The notes beneath the pieces are model-generated. The model did not search any database, was not told the origin of the DNA, and was given only the letters and a program-made list of their open reading frames with translations. The translations under genes and the position numbers were made by a program. Below, one piece after another: positions 18,320 to 28,633 of a stretch of DNA of 64,000 nt. Every line of letters starts with the position of its first letter. The stretch's first letter is position 1. The stretch comes from Alcaligenaceae bacterium (GTDB lineage Bacteria > Pseudomonadota > Gammaproteobacteria > Burkholderiales > Burkholderiaceae_B): positions 17,699 through 81,698 of the forward strand of contig JAUNUJ010000006.1 of the NCBI GenBank assembly GCA_030538235.1, read 5' to 3'.

Positions 18320-19066
18320 ATGCGCGCAACAATAAAACGTTATTATGAAGACACGGATGTAATTAGCTGTAAAGCTAAAATCCTTAAGATCCATGAGTCG
18401 GCGATAGAACTCGATCAGACGATAGCTTATCCAGAAGGGGGTGGCCAAGAAGGTGATCATGGTTGGATTCGTTTATGTGCTGATCCTAGCATGGCTATTG
18501 CATTTAACGATACTCAACTTAGCATGGCTACACCTGTTTTTATCGACGATTTTCCTAGCGTCAAAACAGGTGGGATTATATTGCACCATATTTCAAATAA
18601 AGATCGTTTGATTGACTTCGAGATTGGTGATGAAGTGTGGATAGAAATTGATCAGCAGCGCCGAAAAAGTATGTCTTTAAATCATACCGCCGCTCATATT
18701 GTTTACTGGGCTGTTGATATGTATCTACCTAGTGTGGTGGATCATACCATTGGTTGTCATATAAAAACTGATAGTGCTAGGCTAGATTTTGCAACTGAAG
18801 ATCGATTTAGTCAAGAAGACATAAATGAAATTGAGGAATTGAGTAATAAACTAATTAAAGCTGGACACCCAATCATTATGCGTTCACGACAAGATTATTA
18901 CGATGTGCGTTATTGGGAATGCGATGGTTACGTGATTCCCTGTGGAGGCACGCATGTCAAAAATACGAATGAACTTTCTTTACTGAAATTACAACGAAAA
19001 AACATTGGAAAAGGTAAAGAGCGCCTTATCTTTTCGCTCCAGAATCCAACTGAAGTTGAACGATAA
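18320..19066 (+). CDS. Free-standing alanyl-tRNA editing protein (AlaX family)
   Basis: LDQTIAYPEGGGQ.GD, zinc motifs HTAAH and CGGTH, ARLDF. Confidence 0.88.
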   Translation: MRATIKRYYEDTDVISCKAKILKIHESAIELDQTIAYPEGGGQEGDHGWIRLCADPSMAIAFNDTQLSMATPVFIDDFPSVKTGGIILHHISNKDRLIDFEIGDEVWIEIDQQRRKSMSLNHTAAHIVYWAVDMYLPSVVDHTIGCHIKTDSARLDFATEDRFSQEDINEIEELSNKLIKAGHPIIMRSRQDYYDVRYWECDGYVIPCGGTHVKNTNELSLLKLQRKNIGKGKERLIFSLQNPTEVER

Positions 19067-19077
19067 TTTCGTTTTAT

Positions 19078-19093
19078 ATGTATTAGACATTTA
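19078..19093 (+). repeat. Right copy of 16-bp direct repeat ATGTATTAGACATTTA
   Basis: Exact match to 13733-13748; 11 bp after the AlaX stop. Confidence 0.85.
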
Positions 19094-19237
19094 TCAAATT
19101 TGCAATTAACAAACGAAAAAAGCCTAGTCATGAGTCTTCCTGACCAAGCTGAAGTTTTATAGTGGTTTGTGAAATTAACTCATCAAATGCTCTGAGTTTT
19201 CTTCTTATTCCATACCAATTCAAACGTGTAAAAAACA

Positions 19238-19272
19238 AAAACCCCGATAAAACAATATGTTATCGGGGTTTT
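19238..19272. terminator. Bidirectional terminator downstream of tRNA-Ser
   Basis: AAAACCCCGATAA...TTATCGGGGTTTT perfect inverted repeat. Confidence 0.75.
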
Positions 19273-19315
19273 CTATCGTTGCTAAAGTCTCTTAGTGTCT
19301 CTAGCGTTTCATCTT

Positions 19316-19409
19316 TGGCGGGAACGGAGGGATTCGAACCCTCGATACAGGTTTAAGCCCGTATGCTTCCTTAGCAGGGAAGTACCTTCAGCCTCTCGGT
19401 CACGTTCCC
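19316..19409 (-). tRNA. tRNA-Ser(GCT)
   Basis: GGGAACG/CGTTCCC acceptor stem, CTTCC-CT-GCT-AA-GGAAG anticodon arm, long variable arm, GTTCGAATC, encoded CCA. Confidence 0.95.
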
Positions 19410-19478
19410 AAAGAATTTATAATTATATAGTTAAATAGTAATTTTAGCTAGCTAATTCGAGTATAAAGTTAAAATTTA

Positions 19479-20741
19479 TTACTCTTCTGTTGTATTGTTA
19501 CCTAGATCAAAGGCTTGATGTAGGGCACGAACCGCCAGTTCCATGTATTTGTCTTCGATTAGCACTGAGGTTTTGATTTCGCTGGTGCTGATCATCTGGA
19601 TATTGACACCTTCATTGGATAAGGTGCTGAACATCTTACTGGCAACACCGGCGTGAGAGTGCATGCCGATACCTACGATAGATACTTTACAGACTTTATC
19701 ATCAGTAATTACTTCGCGAGCATCGATATTTTTTAATACAACCTCGTTGATCACTTTGATCGCTTGCTTGAAGCCGGCGCGGTTAACGGTAAATGAGAAG
19801 TCTGTGGTGCCGTCGACTGACTGGTTTTGAATAATCATATCAACATCGATATTGGCATCAGCGATAGGGCCAAGAATGCCGTAAGCAATGCCCGGACGAT
19901 CAGGGACACCTAGGATAGTAATTTTGGCTTCATCGCGGCTGAACGCGATACCGGAAACAACAGCAGCTTCCATACTTGGATCTTCCTCAATAGTAATTAG
20001 GGTGCCTGAAATAATTTCTTCTTCGACAGGAATTTCAGGATCGGTTAATGATGATAAAACACGTAGCGGCACTTTGTATTTACCGGCAAACTCCACCGCG
20101 CGAATTTGTAACACTTTGGAGCCTAAGGAGGCCATTTCCAGCATTTCTTCAAAAGAAATCACACTCATGCGGCGCGCCTCAGGCACCACGCGAGGGTCTG
20201 TGGTATAAACGCCGTCCACATCGGTAAAAATTAAGCACTGCTCAGCGCCAATGGCAGCAGCAATCGCAACTGCGGAGGTGTCTGAACCACCACGGCCCAG
20301 GGTGGTGATATGACCATTTGGGTCAATGCCCTGAAACCCAGTCACAATAATCACTTTACCGGCGTCTAAATCGCCTTGTATGCGGCTGCCATCAATCTCT
20401 TTAATACGCGCCTTAGTAAAGGCACTATCGGTTTTAACCGGCACTTGCCACCCGGTGTAACTACGGGCATCAATGCCTTGGGCTTGTAGAGCAATCGCGA
20501 GGAGGGCGCTACTAGCTTGTTCGCCGGTGGCGGCTAACATATCGAGTTCACGGGGATCAACGTTGTCAGAGAGATCGTTGGCTAAACCTAATAAGCGATT
20601 GGTTTCACCGGCCATTGCTGAAGGGACGACAACCACTTGATGTCCTGCCCTGTGCCACTTGGCAACACGCTTAGCAACATTTTGAATGCGTTCAACAGAA
20701 CCCATAGAGGTGCCGCCGAACTTTTGTACGATTAGGGACAT
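19479..20741 (-). CDS. lysC: Aspartate kinase
   Basis: VQKFGGTSMG, TTLGRGGSDTSA, DVDGVYTTDPR, two ACT domains. Confidence 0.97.
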   Translation of the reverse strand: MSLIVQKFGGTSMGSVERIQNVAKRVAKWHRAGHQVVVVPSAMAGETNRLLGLANDLSDNVDPRELDMLAATGEQASSALLAIALQAQGIDARSYTGWQVPVKTDSAFTKARIKEIDGSRIQGDLDAGKVIIVTGFQGIDPNGHITTLGRGGSDTSAVAIAAAIGAEQCLIFTDVDGVYTTDPRVVPEARRMSVISFEEMLEMASLGSKVLQIRAVEFAGKYKVPLRVLSSLTDPEIPVEEEIISGTLITIEEDPSMEAAVVSGIAFSRDEAKITILGVPDRPGIAYGILGPIADANIDVDMIIQNQSVDGTTDFSFTVNRAGFKQAIKVINEVVLKNIDAREVITDDKVCKVSIVGIGMHSHAGVASKMFSTLSNEGVNIQMISTSEIKTSVLIEDKYMELAVRALHQAFDLGNNTTEE

Positions 20742-21011
20742 TTTTTTATTATAAAAAAGGTTAAAGAAACATTTAATATTACCTTAAAAGCATGTACTTA
20801 AAGGGATTTTCTATCTACAGGCCCATAAAATAATGCTTAAACATAGTGATTGAATGTCGTTTTTATGAAGTTACGATATAAAAATCAGTTTTTTATATTG
20901 GGTTAACCCTAAAAAGTCTTAAAAGTGACGATTATTTAACATTCATAAGAGTATGTTTATGAAGTATGGTAATAAAATGAACAACTAGAATCATTATTCT
21001 TGGAGACAAAA

Positions 21012-21911
21012 ATGCGTATCGGTTTTATCGGTCTAGGTAATATGGGTGGCCCCATGGCGTTAAATCTTGCTAAAGCAGGCCACGAATTAACCGTCTTTGA
21101 TTTATCAGCAGAAGCGATTGCTGCGCTACAAGAGCAGGCTCAGATCAGTGTTGCCGCCTCGCCGGTAGAGGTGGCTGCGGCAGGGCAAGATGTTATTGTC
21201 ACTATGTTGCCGGCTGCTGCTCATGTGAAATCTGTTTATTTGGGTGATGACGGCGCTAGCGGTATTGTTGCTGCAGCTGCCCCAGGTACGGTGATGATTG
21301 ATTCATCAACCATTGATCCCTCCAGTGCCCGTCAAGTGGCCGAAGTAGCTGAAGCTAAGGGTGTGACCGTACTGGATGCACCGGTTTCAGGTGGTACCGT
21401 GGGAGCCCAAAATGCGACCTTAACCTTTATGGTGGGCGGCACCGAAGAGGGTTTCAGCAAAGCACAACCGGTCTTACAGGCCATGGGTAAAAATATTGTT
21501 TACTGTGGTGGTCACGGCAATGGTCAAGTCGCCAAGGTGGCAAATAATATGCTGCTCGGTATTAGCATGGTCGGTGTGGCTGAGGCCATGAATTTGGGGG
21601 TCAAGCTCGGTATGGATCCACAGATTTTAGCCGGTATCATTAACACCTCCTCCGGTCGTTGCTGGAGCTCAGAGGTTAACAACCCATGGCCGGGCGTGAT
21701 TGAAACAGCACCTGCCGGTCGTGACTACAAGGGCGGTTTCTTTACCGATTTGATGTTAAAAGATATGGGCTTAGCGCTTGAAGCCGCTGCTCAAAGCGAG
21801 AGTGCTGTCCCGATGGGAAATTTGGCGCATGACTTGTATAAGGAATCAAGCGAAGCGGGCAATGGCCGCATTGATTTTTCTTCAATCATAAAGCACATTC
21901 AAACAAAATAA
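21012..21911 (+). CDS. mmsB: 3-hydroxyisobutyrate dehydrogenase
   Basis: GFIGLGNMG, DAPVSGG, K.ANNM, SSGRCWSS motifs. Confidence 0.9.
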   Translation: MRIGFIGLGNMGGPMALNLAKAGHELTVFDLSAEAIAALQEQAQISVAASPVEVAAAGQDVIVTMLPAAAHVKSVYLGDDGASGIVAAAAPGTVMIDSSTIDPSSARQVAEVAEAKGVTVLDAPVSGGTVGAQNATLTFMVGGTEEGFSKAQPVLQAMGKNIVYCGGHGNGQVAKVANNMLLGISMVGVAEAMNLGVKLGMDPQILAGIINTSSGRCWSSEVNNPWPGVIETAPAGRDYKGGFFTDLMLKDMGLALEAAAQSESAVPMGNLAHDLYKESSEAGNGRIDFSSIIKHIQTK

Positions 21912-21920
21912 GGGAGAGAG

Positions 21921-23057
21921 ATGTTTAATACGACATTAAGCGAAGACCATATCATGATGCGTGATATGGCGCGCGACTTTGCTCAAAATGAAATCGCACC
22001 TAAGGCGCTGGAGTGGGAAGAGGCCAACTGGTTGGGCGATGATGTGATTGAGCAAATGGGTGAGCTAGGTTTTTTAGGCATGGTTGTGCCCGAAGAATAC
22101 GGCGGCACTTACAGTGATTACATAGCTTATGCCTTAGTGATTGAAGAAATTGCTGCTGCCGATGCGGCGATGGCGACTATGATGAGCGTTCATAGCTCGG
22201 TTGGCTGTGGCACCATTTTAAATAGCGGTAACGAAGCGCAAAAACGTGAGTGGTTACCACGCATGTCTAGCGGTGAGATTATTGGTGCTTTCTGTTTGAC
22301 TGAACCCCAGGCCGGCTCTGAGGCCCACAATCTTAAAACCCGTGCAGAGCGTGTGGGCGATAAGTGGATCCTCAATGGCAGTAAGCAGTTCGTCACTAAC
22401 GGCAAGCGTGCCGGTGTAGCTAATGTCTTTGCCGTCACCGACCCTAGTCAGGGCAAACGTGGTATTAGCGCCTTTATTGTGCCGACCGATAACCCGGGTT
22501 ATCAAGTGACTCGTGTTGAGGATAAATTAGGTATTAAGGCGTCCGATACGTGTGCTGTGAGTTTGGATAATTGTGAGCTTTCCTCAGATATGCTGTTGGG
22601 TGATGAGGGTAGAGGCTTATCCATTGCGCTTTCAAATTTGGAAAATGGCCGTATCGGTATCGCTGCACAAGCCGTGGGTATTGCTCGTGCCGCTTTAGAG
22701 GCAGCGGTTCAATACGCCAATGAACGCGAGCAGTTCGGTAAACCATTAACCCAACACCAAAGCATTGCTGACAAGTTGGCAAACATGGCCACCATGGTAA
22801 ATGCCGCTCGTTTATTAACGCTACATGCTGCCAGTATGAAAACGCAAAATTTACCTTGCTTATCCGAGGCATCTCAGGCTAAGCTTTACGCCTCTGAAAT
22901 CGCTGAAAAGGTCTGTAGCGAAGCGATTCAGATTCATGGCGGTTATGGTTATTTATCGGATTATTTGGTGCAAAAGTACTATCGTGATGCGCGTATTACC
23001 CAGATTTATGAGGGTACGAGCGAGATTCAACGTCTTATTATTGCGCGCGGTCTCTAG
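21921..23057 (+). CDS. Acyl-CoA dehydrogenase
   Basis: [38 protein letters not shown]. Confidence 0.93.
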   Translation: MFNTTLSEDHIMMRDMARDFAQNEIAPKALEWEEANWLGDDVIEQMGELGFLGMVVPEEYGGTYSDYIAYALVIEEIAAADAAMATMMSVHSSVGCGTILNSGNEAQKREWLPRMSSGEIIGAFCLTEPQAGSEAHNLKTRAERVGDKWILNGSKQFVTNGKRAGVANVFAVTDPSQGKRGISAFIVPTDNPGYQVTRVEDKLGIKASDTCAVSLDNCELSSDMLLGDEGRGLSIALSNLENGRIGIAAQAVGIARAALEAAVQYANEREQFGKPLTQHQSIADKLANMATMVNAARLLTLHAASMKTQNLPCLSEASQAKLYASEIAEKVCSEAIQIHGGYGYLSDYLVQKYYRDARITQIYEGTSEIQRLIIARGL

Positions 23058-23115
23058 CTCAAGCTAACTATTGCGGTAGCTTCAAGAGGCGTTGAATTTA
23101 TACAGCGCTACAACA

Positions 23116-23145
23116 AAATAGCCCCATCATTTGATGGGGCTATTT
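23116..23145. terminator. Bidirectional terminator
   Basis: AAATAGCCCCATCA/TGATGGGGCTATTT perfect inverted repeat between convergent genes. Confidence 0.8.
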
Positions 23146-23164
23146 ACTTGGGGAAAATCGATTG

Positions 23165-23953
23165 TTAAGCGACTTGCTGCTGTAATTCGCGCTCAAGCTC
23201 CACTTTGAGAGCGTCAGTAATGCCTAACTGACGAGCTAATTCATCTAAGTAGCTACGCTCCATAAAGTTAGGTTCATTAATCACGGCCAAGCTTAAAGCA
23301 TAGACCTGACTGGCAATGGCCGGTGTGTCTACGTATTTACTGACTTCTCTAGGATCTACAGCGCTTTTGAATAAGCTGTTGATCCAGTCTCTCTCTTCAG
23401 CAGTTGCAGCGCTACGTGTTTGATGCTCGATAAAGGCTTGTTCCTCTTCGTCAACATGACCATCGGCGCGTGCAGCCAAAATAATGGCGGCGATTAGAGC
23501 ACGACTGCTTTGCTCCTGAGATTCTTGATCCAACTCAGTAATGTCTTGACCTTCGGCTGTCGCTGCAAACCATGGACCGGCATCAGCTACTTTGACCGCA
23601 CCTTGTTGCTGAGCTTGCCAACGCTGATAGGCACGAAAAGCTACCGTACCTAAAGCGGCTAAGCCACCGAGTTTGGCCATATTGCTATTGTTGCGACGAC
23701 CAAGTAGGACTGCTAGAGCACCTGCACCAAGTGCCATTTGATCATTTTTGGATAAAATATCCGAGTCATCTCGGGCACTACCGGCCGCATCACTACGACC
23801 GAAACCGTCTTGGATTTGACCCAAGATATTACCGGCAAGATTACCTAAATTGCCGAGATCGCCTAAACCTCCCAGACCACCTGAACTACTGCCGCCGGAA
23901 GCTTTATTGCTGATGTTACCTAAAATGCTTTGAAGAATATTAATGGCACTCAT
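23165..23953 (-). CDS. DUF533 / TerB-like family protein
   Basis: LGGLAALG..A..AYQRW, AIILAARADGHVDEEE, ERSYLDELARQL. Confidence 0.8.
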   Translation of the reverse strand: MSAINILQSILGNISNKASGGSSSGGLGGLGDLGNLGNLAGNILGQIQDGFGRSDAAGSARDDSDILSKNDQMALGAGALAVLLGRRNNSNMAKLGGLAALGTVAFRAYQRWQAQQQGAVKVADAGPWFAATAEGQDITELDQESQEQSSRALIAAIILAARADGHVDEEEQAFIEHQTRSAATAEERDWINSLFKSAVDPREVSKYVDTPAIASQVYALSLAVINEPNFMERSYLDELARQLGITDALKVELERELQQQVA

Positions 23954-23974
23954 GGAGGACTCCTATGGTTCAAA

Positions 23975-24529
23975 TTAAACGCGACTACGGTATTCCCAAG
24001 TGCGCGTATCAATTTCGATTTTATCACCGATATTGCAGAATGCAGGAACTGAAATTTCAAAATGATCGTTAATTCTTGCGGGCTTCATCACCTTACCGGA
24101 AGTGTCACCCTTGACTGCAGGTTCAGTGTAAACGATTTCACGAACAATGGTGTTAGGCAATTCAACAGAAATAGGGCGCTCATCGTAGAAAACTACCTCA
24201 ACCTCCATGCCTTCTTCTAGCACTTGGAATGCATCGCCCATGCTCTCTTGCTCGACTTCGTACTGATTGTACTCTTCGTCCATAAAGACATACATTGGTT
24301 CCGCAAAATAAGAGTAGGTGCAGACTTTTTTGTCTAAGACGACCACCTCAAATTTCTCGTCAGCCTTGTAGACTGCTTCGCTGGCTGAACCGCTTAAGAG
24401 GTTTCTGAATCTGAATTTAACGACAGCAGAGTTACGACCTGATTTGTTATATTCTGCTCTTTGTACTACGAGGGGTTGACCGTCAACCATGGCTACGTTG
24501 CCGACGCGCAAATCCTGTGCGTTTTTCAT
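23975..24529 (-). CDS. efp: Elongation factor P (Arg32 type)
   Basis: KSGRNSAVV loop with Arg at the modified position; [12 protein letters not shown]. Confidence 0.97.
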   Translation of the reverse strand: MKNAQDLRVGNVAMVDGQPLVVQRAEYNKSGRNSAVVKFRFRNLLSGSASEAVYKADEKFEVVVLDKKVCTYSYFAEPMYVFMDEEYNQYEVEQESMGDAFQVLEEGMEVEVVFYDERPISVELPNTIVREIVYTEPAVKGDTSGKVMKPARINDHFEISVPAFCNIGDKIEIDTRTWEYRSRV

Positions 24530-24629
24530 TATAAAAATTCTCCGAAAGGATAAGTAGATAAGCCTTGAATTGAAAGATATCGCATAGTCAGGGAATCTTT
24601 AATTCTGCTTTGAAATGATTGCAGATATT

Positions 24630-25754
24630 TTAACTTTTTTTAGCGCAGTCTTCATAAAAATTCAGTATTTGCTGAGACAAGGTGGCTTGTTGCCCAAGTT
24701 TTTTACAAAGATTTGTCTGAAACTCTTGCCATTCGATATTGCTTACAGGGTCAAAAGCATACCGTCTAAAGAGTTTGCTGAGCGCTTGTTTTTGATTTGA
24801 GTTTAAATCATTTGTCTCTGCGCTACACCATAGGCGATTAAGTTCTCGCAACCATTGCGGTGCTTGAATGGCTTGCAGCCAGGCCGCCAGTTTCACCATG
24901 TGCTGTGCTTCATCTTGTGGGTAAATATGCCAAAGCATCGGTTTGGCGGCCCAATGCGCCTGCACAAAACTGTCTTCACCACGAATTAAATTGATATCAG
25001 CGATTTGCAGCAACAGATCATAATCTGCCTGCACAATAAAATTTAAGCGTTGTATATAGACACTTGAGTTAAGCGCTGCTGCCTGTTGTTCTAATTGTGG
25101 TGCTACTGTTTGGGCCACGATGATCATCATCTCTTGATCATCAGGGAGTGCCTTTAGTAGGGCATCTACTGGGGCATGAGGGTAGCAAAATAAATTGATT
25201 AGTCGTGGTTTTTTTTCTTGATAATAATCATAAGCTTCAGGAGGAAGTAGCTTTTTTAGAAAATGTGCTGGTGTTTGGCTATTTTTTACTAATCGTTGGA
25301 GACGCAATAATCCGCCTGTTTTTTCAGTAAAACCCGGGAAAAAGAAATACTTAGCAACGCCGTTAGGTTGGAGGGAGGGTTGTAAGTGAAAATCCTCTAC
25401 CCAATGCTCAGCACTTAAATACTCCAGATTTAACCAACATGTCGTATTGTCTTTCATCGCCTCTAAATAGCGATGCGGCAGATCGCAGCCAAAGGCCTCG
25501 ATAACCAAATCCGCAGCTTGCCAGTCAGTGAGCTCATCATGCCAATGTCTGATCTCAATATGGGCTAGTATTTGTTGTGACAAATTAGGATTGAGCGAGG
25601 GTTCAATTTTATTAAAACTATTTAAGTCGTCAACCCATAGTCTTATCGTATAGCTGCTGGGAAAGCTACGCGCCAAGCGCCAACAGACGCCGATATCGCC
25701 GAAGTTATCAATGACGCGGCAAAAAATATCAATAGTGCTTGTTTTTAAATTCAC
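24630..25754 (-). CDS. earP: EF-P arginine rhamnosyltransferase
   Basis: DIFCRVIDNFGDIGVCWRLAR, WLNLEYLSAE, RGEDSFV; upstream of efp. Confidence 0.93.
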   Translation of the reverse strand: MNLKTSTIDIFCRVIDNFGDIGVCWRLARSFPSSYTIRLWVDDLNSFNKIEPSLNPNLSQQILAHIEIRHWHDELTDWQAADLVIEAFGCDLPHRYLEAMKDNTTCWLNLEYLSAEHWVEDFHLQPSLQPNGVAKYFFFPGFTEKTGGLLRLQRLVKNSQTPAHFLKKLLPPEAYDYYQEKKPRLINLFCYPHAPVDALLKALPDDQEMMIIVAQTVAPQLEQQAAALNSSVYIQRLNFIVQADYDLLLQIADINLIRGEDSFVQAHWAAKPMLWHIYPQDEAQHMVKLAAWLQAIQAPQWLRELNRLWCSAETNDLNSNQKQALSKLFRRYAFDPVSNIEWQEFQTNLCKKLGQQATLSQQILNFYEDCAKKS

Positions 25755-25849
25755 GATTTACTGATTCCAATGCATAGGGCTCCGAAACCTGTTGTTTCCG
25801 AAGCCCTATTATTACCTAAAGTGCTTTAAAAAGCAGAATCCAGGCTTAT

Positions 25850-28555
25850 TTAGTCATTTGCTAAGAGGTCACGTAAGACAAAGGGCAATATACCGCCATG
25901 CTCGTAGTAATCAACCTCAATCGGGGTATCGATTCTTAGTAGTAACTTCACATCTTGTGAGCTGCCGTTTTCACGGTGGATGGTGAGGGTCACTTCTTGT
26001 TGAGGTTTAATGCCATTTTCCAAGCCTGAGATATCGTAGCGCTCGTTGCCGGTAATGCCTAGGCTCTCAACCGTATCGTCGCCTTGGAATTGTAGCGGCA
26101 AGACGCCCATACCGACTAAGTTGCTGCGGTGGATACGCTCATAGCTACGAGTAATCACGGCTTTGACGCCTAGTAGCTGGGTACCTTTAGCGGCCCAGTC
26201 ACGTGATGAACCGGTGCCGTATTCCTCACCACCGAAGACCACGGTCGGAATACCTTCTGACTGATAGAGCATGGCTGCTGTGTAGATCGGCATTTGCTCT
26301 TCGCTGGGTTTGTGAATGGTATCACCACCTTCGTAAAGAGCGCCATTAGGCAAAGGCGGGATCATCAAGTTCTTAATGCGGACGTTAGCAAAGGTGCCAC
26401 GCATCATGATTTCGTGGTTACCGCGACGTGAACCGTAACTGTTGAAGTCAGGTTTTTTGACATTATGCTCTTTTAACCAAATACCAGCTGGAGAGCTTTC
26501 CGCGATATTGCCCGCAGGAGAAATATGATCCGTGGTAACTGAGTCACCAAAGATACCTAAGGCACGAGCACCTTTAATGGTCGGGATACTGCCCGGGTTC
26601 ATGGAGAAATCATCAAAGAAGGGCGGTTCGGCGATGTAAGTTGACTCAGGCCAGCTATACACATCACCGGCAACGCCTTGGATGTTGTTCCAAAGTTCAC
26701 CCGGATCGCTTTTAATCTGGGCGTAGTTCTCACGATAAGCCTCAGGGTTCATCGCAAAGTCCACTAGCGCATGAATTTCTTCATTGGTGGGCCAGATGTC
26801 TTTTAAGTAAACCGGACCGTCTTTGCCCATCGCGATTGGCTCATTATAAAGATCGCGACGTATCGTACCAGCTAACGCATAAGCCACCACTAATGGCGGT
26901 GAGGCTAGGAAGTTGGCTTTGATATTTGGGTGGATTCGTGCTTCAAAGTTACGGTTGCCGGACAGAACTGCGGAGCAAATCAACTCATGATCAATAATGG
27001 CTTTGTTCAGTTCAGGGCTGAGATCACCGGCATTGCCGATACAGGTGGTGCAGCCGTATGCCGCGACGTCAAAACCGAGTTGCTCGAGGTAGCCTAATAA
27101 GCCGGTTTCAGTCAGATAGCGTGTTACCACACGAGAGCCCGGGGCCAGTGAGGTTTTAATTTGCGGATTGACTTTAAGGCCTAACTCAACGGCTTTTTTA
27201 GCCAGCAAACCGGCAGAAATTAAAACGCTCGGATTAGACGTGTTAGTGCACGAGGTAATCGCGGCAATCAGAATATCGCCATTTTGTACGGTGCCACTGC
27301 TATCGCCTTCGAGCTCGTACTGTTCGCTCAGGGTGTCCGGGTTTTTATTGAAACCGTCGTCAGCGGAAGGTTTTGAGAAGAGGCTATCAAAGGTTGATTT
27401 AACATCCGTCAACTTGATCAAGTCTTGAGGACGCTTAGGACCAGCAAGTGATGGCACAATGCTGCTGAGATCGAGTTTTAATAACTTTGTAAAATCAATG
27501 TCTGAGGCATTTGGTACGCCAAACATCTCTTGAGCACTAAAATAGGCCTTGAAAGCCTCAATTTCGTCCTCGCTGCGACCGGTGCCTTTAAAGTAATCGA
27601 GGGTCCTTTCGTCGACCGGGAAGAAGCCCATGGTCGCACCATATTCAGGCGCCATATTAGCGATGGTGGCACGGTCAGGTACGGTCAGACTGGCGGTTCC
27701 TTCACCGCAGAATTCAACAAACTTACCGACGACATTTTCAGCGCGTAGCATATTGGTCACAGTCAAGACTAAATCCGTTGCCGTCACGCCGGGGTTTAAT
27801 TTGCCGCTTAATTCAACCCCGATAACGTCAGGGGTTAGGATATAGACCGGCTGACCCAGCATGGCTGCTTCGGCTTCAATGCCACCGACGCCCCATCCGA
27901 CCACCCCAATACCGTTAATCATGGTGGTGTGACTATCGGTACCAACCAAGCTATCCGGATAGTAGACGTTGTTGTGGTCTTTATACACGCCGCGAGCAAA
28001 GTACTCGAGGTTGACCTGGTGCACAATACCGAATCCGGGGGGCACCACACGGAAGGTGTCAAAGGCCTGCATGCCCCATTTCATAAACTCATAACGCTCT
28101 TGGTTACGTTCAAACTCAACCTTCATATTGAGGTCAAGGGCGTCTTCGGTGCCGAAGTAGTCAATCATTACGGAGTGGTCAACCACCAGATCGACGGGTA
28201 CCATGGGTTCAATGAGTTTGGGGTTGTGGCCGTTTTTTTGAGCGACGCCACGCATGGCGGCAATATCAGCCAGCAATGGCACACCGGTGAAGTCTTGAAG
28301 CACGACCCGAGCGACGACAAAGGGAATTTCATCGCTGCGCTTCGCGTTGGTCTCCCAGTTGGCGACCTGCTTGACATGCTCTTCAGTAATCCGTTGACCA
28401 TCGAAATTGCGTAGTACGGATTCAAGTACGATACGAATAGAGTGGGGGAGCCGATTGACCTCCGCACCCAATTGTTTGCCCAGTTCAGGCAAAGAATAAT
28501 AAGAACCTTGAGCGTTTTTCAGCTCAAGGCTTTTTAAGGTCTTGCTGTATACCAT
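25850..28555 (-). CDS. acnA: Aconitate hydratase A
   Basis: [46 protein letters not shown]. Confidence 0.95.
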   Translation of the reverse strand: MVYSKTLKSLELKNAQGSYYSLPELGKQLGAEVNRLPHSIRIVLESVLRNFDGQRITEEHVKQVANWETNAKRSDEIPFVVARVVLQDFTGVPLLADIAAMRGVAQKNGHNPKLIEPMVPVDLVVDHSVMIDYFGTEDALDLNMKVEFERNQERYEFMKWGMQAFDTFRVVPPGFGIVHQVNLEYFARGVYKDHNNVYYPDSLVGTDSHTTMINGIGVVGWGVGGIEAEAAMLGQPVYILTPDVIGVELSGKLNPGVTATDLVLTVTNMLRAENVVGKFVEFCGEGTASLTVPDRATIANMAPEYGATMGFFPVDERTLDYFKGTGRSEDEIEAFKAYFSAQEMFGVPNASDIDFTKLLKLDLSSIVPSLAGPKRPQDLIKLTDVKSTFDSLFSKPSADDGFNKNPDTLSEQYELEGDSSGTVQNGDILIAAITSCTNTSNPSVLISAGLLAKKAVELGLKVNPQIKTSLAPGSRVVTRYLTETGLLGYLEQLGFDVAAYGCTTCIGNAGDLSPELNKAIIDHELICSAVLSGNRNFEARIHPNIKANFLASPPLVVAYALAGTIRRDLYNEPIAMGKDGPVYLKDIWPTNEEIHALVDFAMNPEAYRENYAQIKSDPGELWNNIQGVAGDVYSWPESTYIAEPPFFDDFSMNPGSIPTIKGARALGIFGDSVTTDHISPAGNIAESSPAGIWLKEHNVKKPDFNSYGSRRGNHEIMMRGTFANVRIKNLMIPPLPNGALYEGGDTIHKPSEEQMPIYTAAMLYQSEGIPTVVFGGEEYGTGSSRDWAAKGTQLLGVKAVITRSYERIHRSNLVGMGVLPLQFQGDDTVESLGITGNERYDISGLENGIKPQQEVTLTIHRENGSSQDVKLLLRIDTPIEVDYYEHGGILPFVLRDLLAND

Positions 28556-28633
28556 GTCTCTACTCCTTTTTAAATGATTAAAACTCTAAGAGTTTGCAAA
28601 AAGAGCCCGAGACCGACAAGCTCTGAGTAATTA

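Noticed and set aside
13206-19315. Classic tRNA-Ser att duplication and integrase for the island
   Set aside because: No copy of the tRNA 3' end and no integrase found by eye in this region; the 16-bp repeat is unrelated to the tRNA
20876-20898. ATATAAAAA-N5-TTTTTATAT palindrome upstream of mmsB
   Set aside because: Arms are pure A/T so chance is likely; no second copy seen
24529-25754. earP-efp as a novel system
   Set aside because: Well-described EF-P Arg32 rhamnosylation pair
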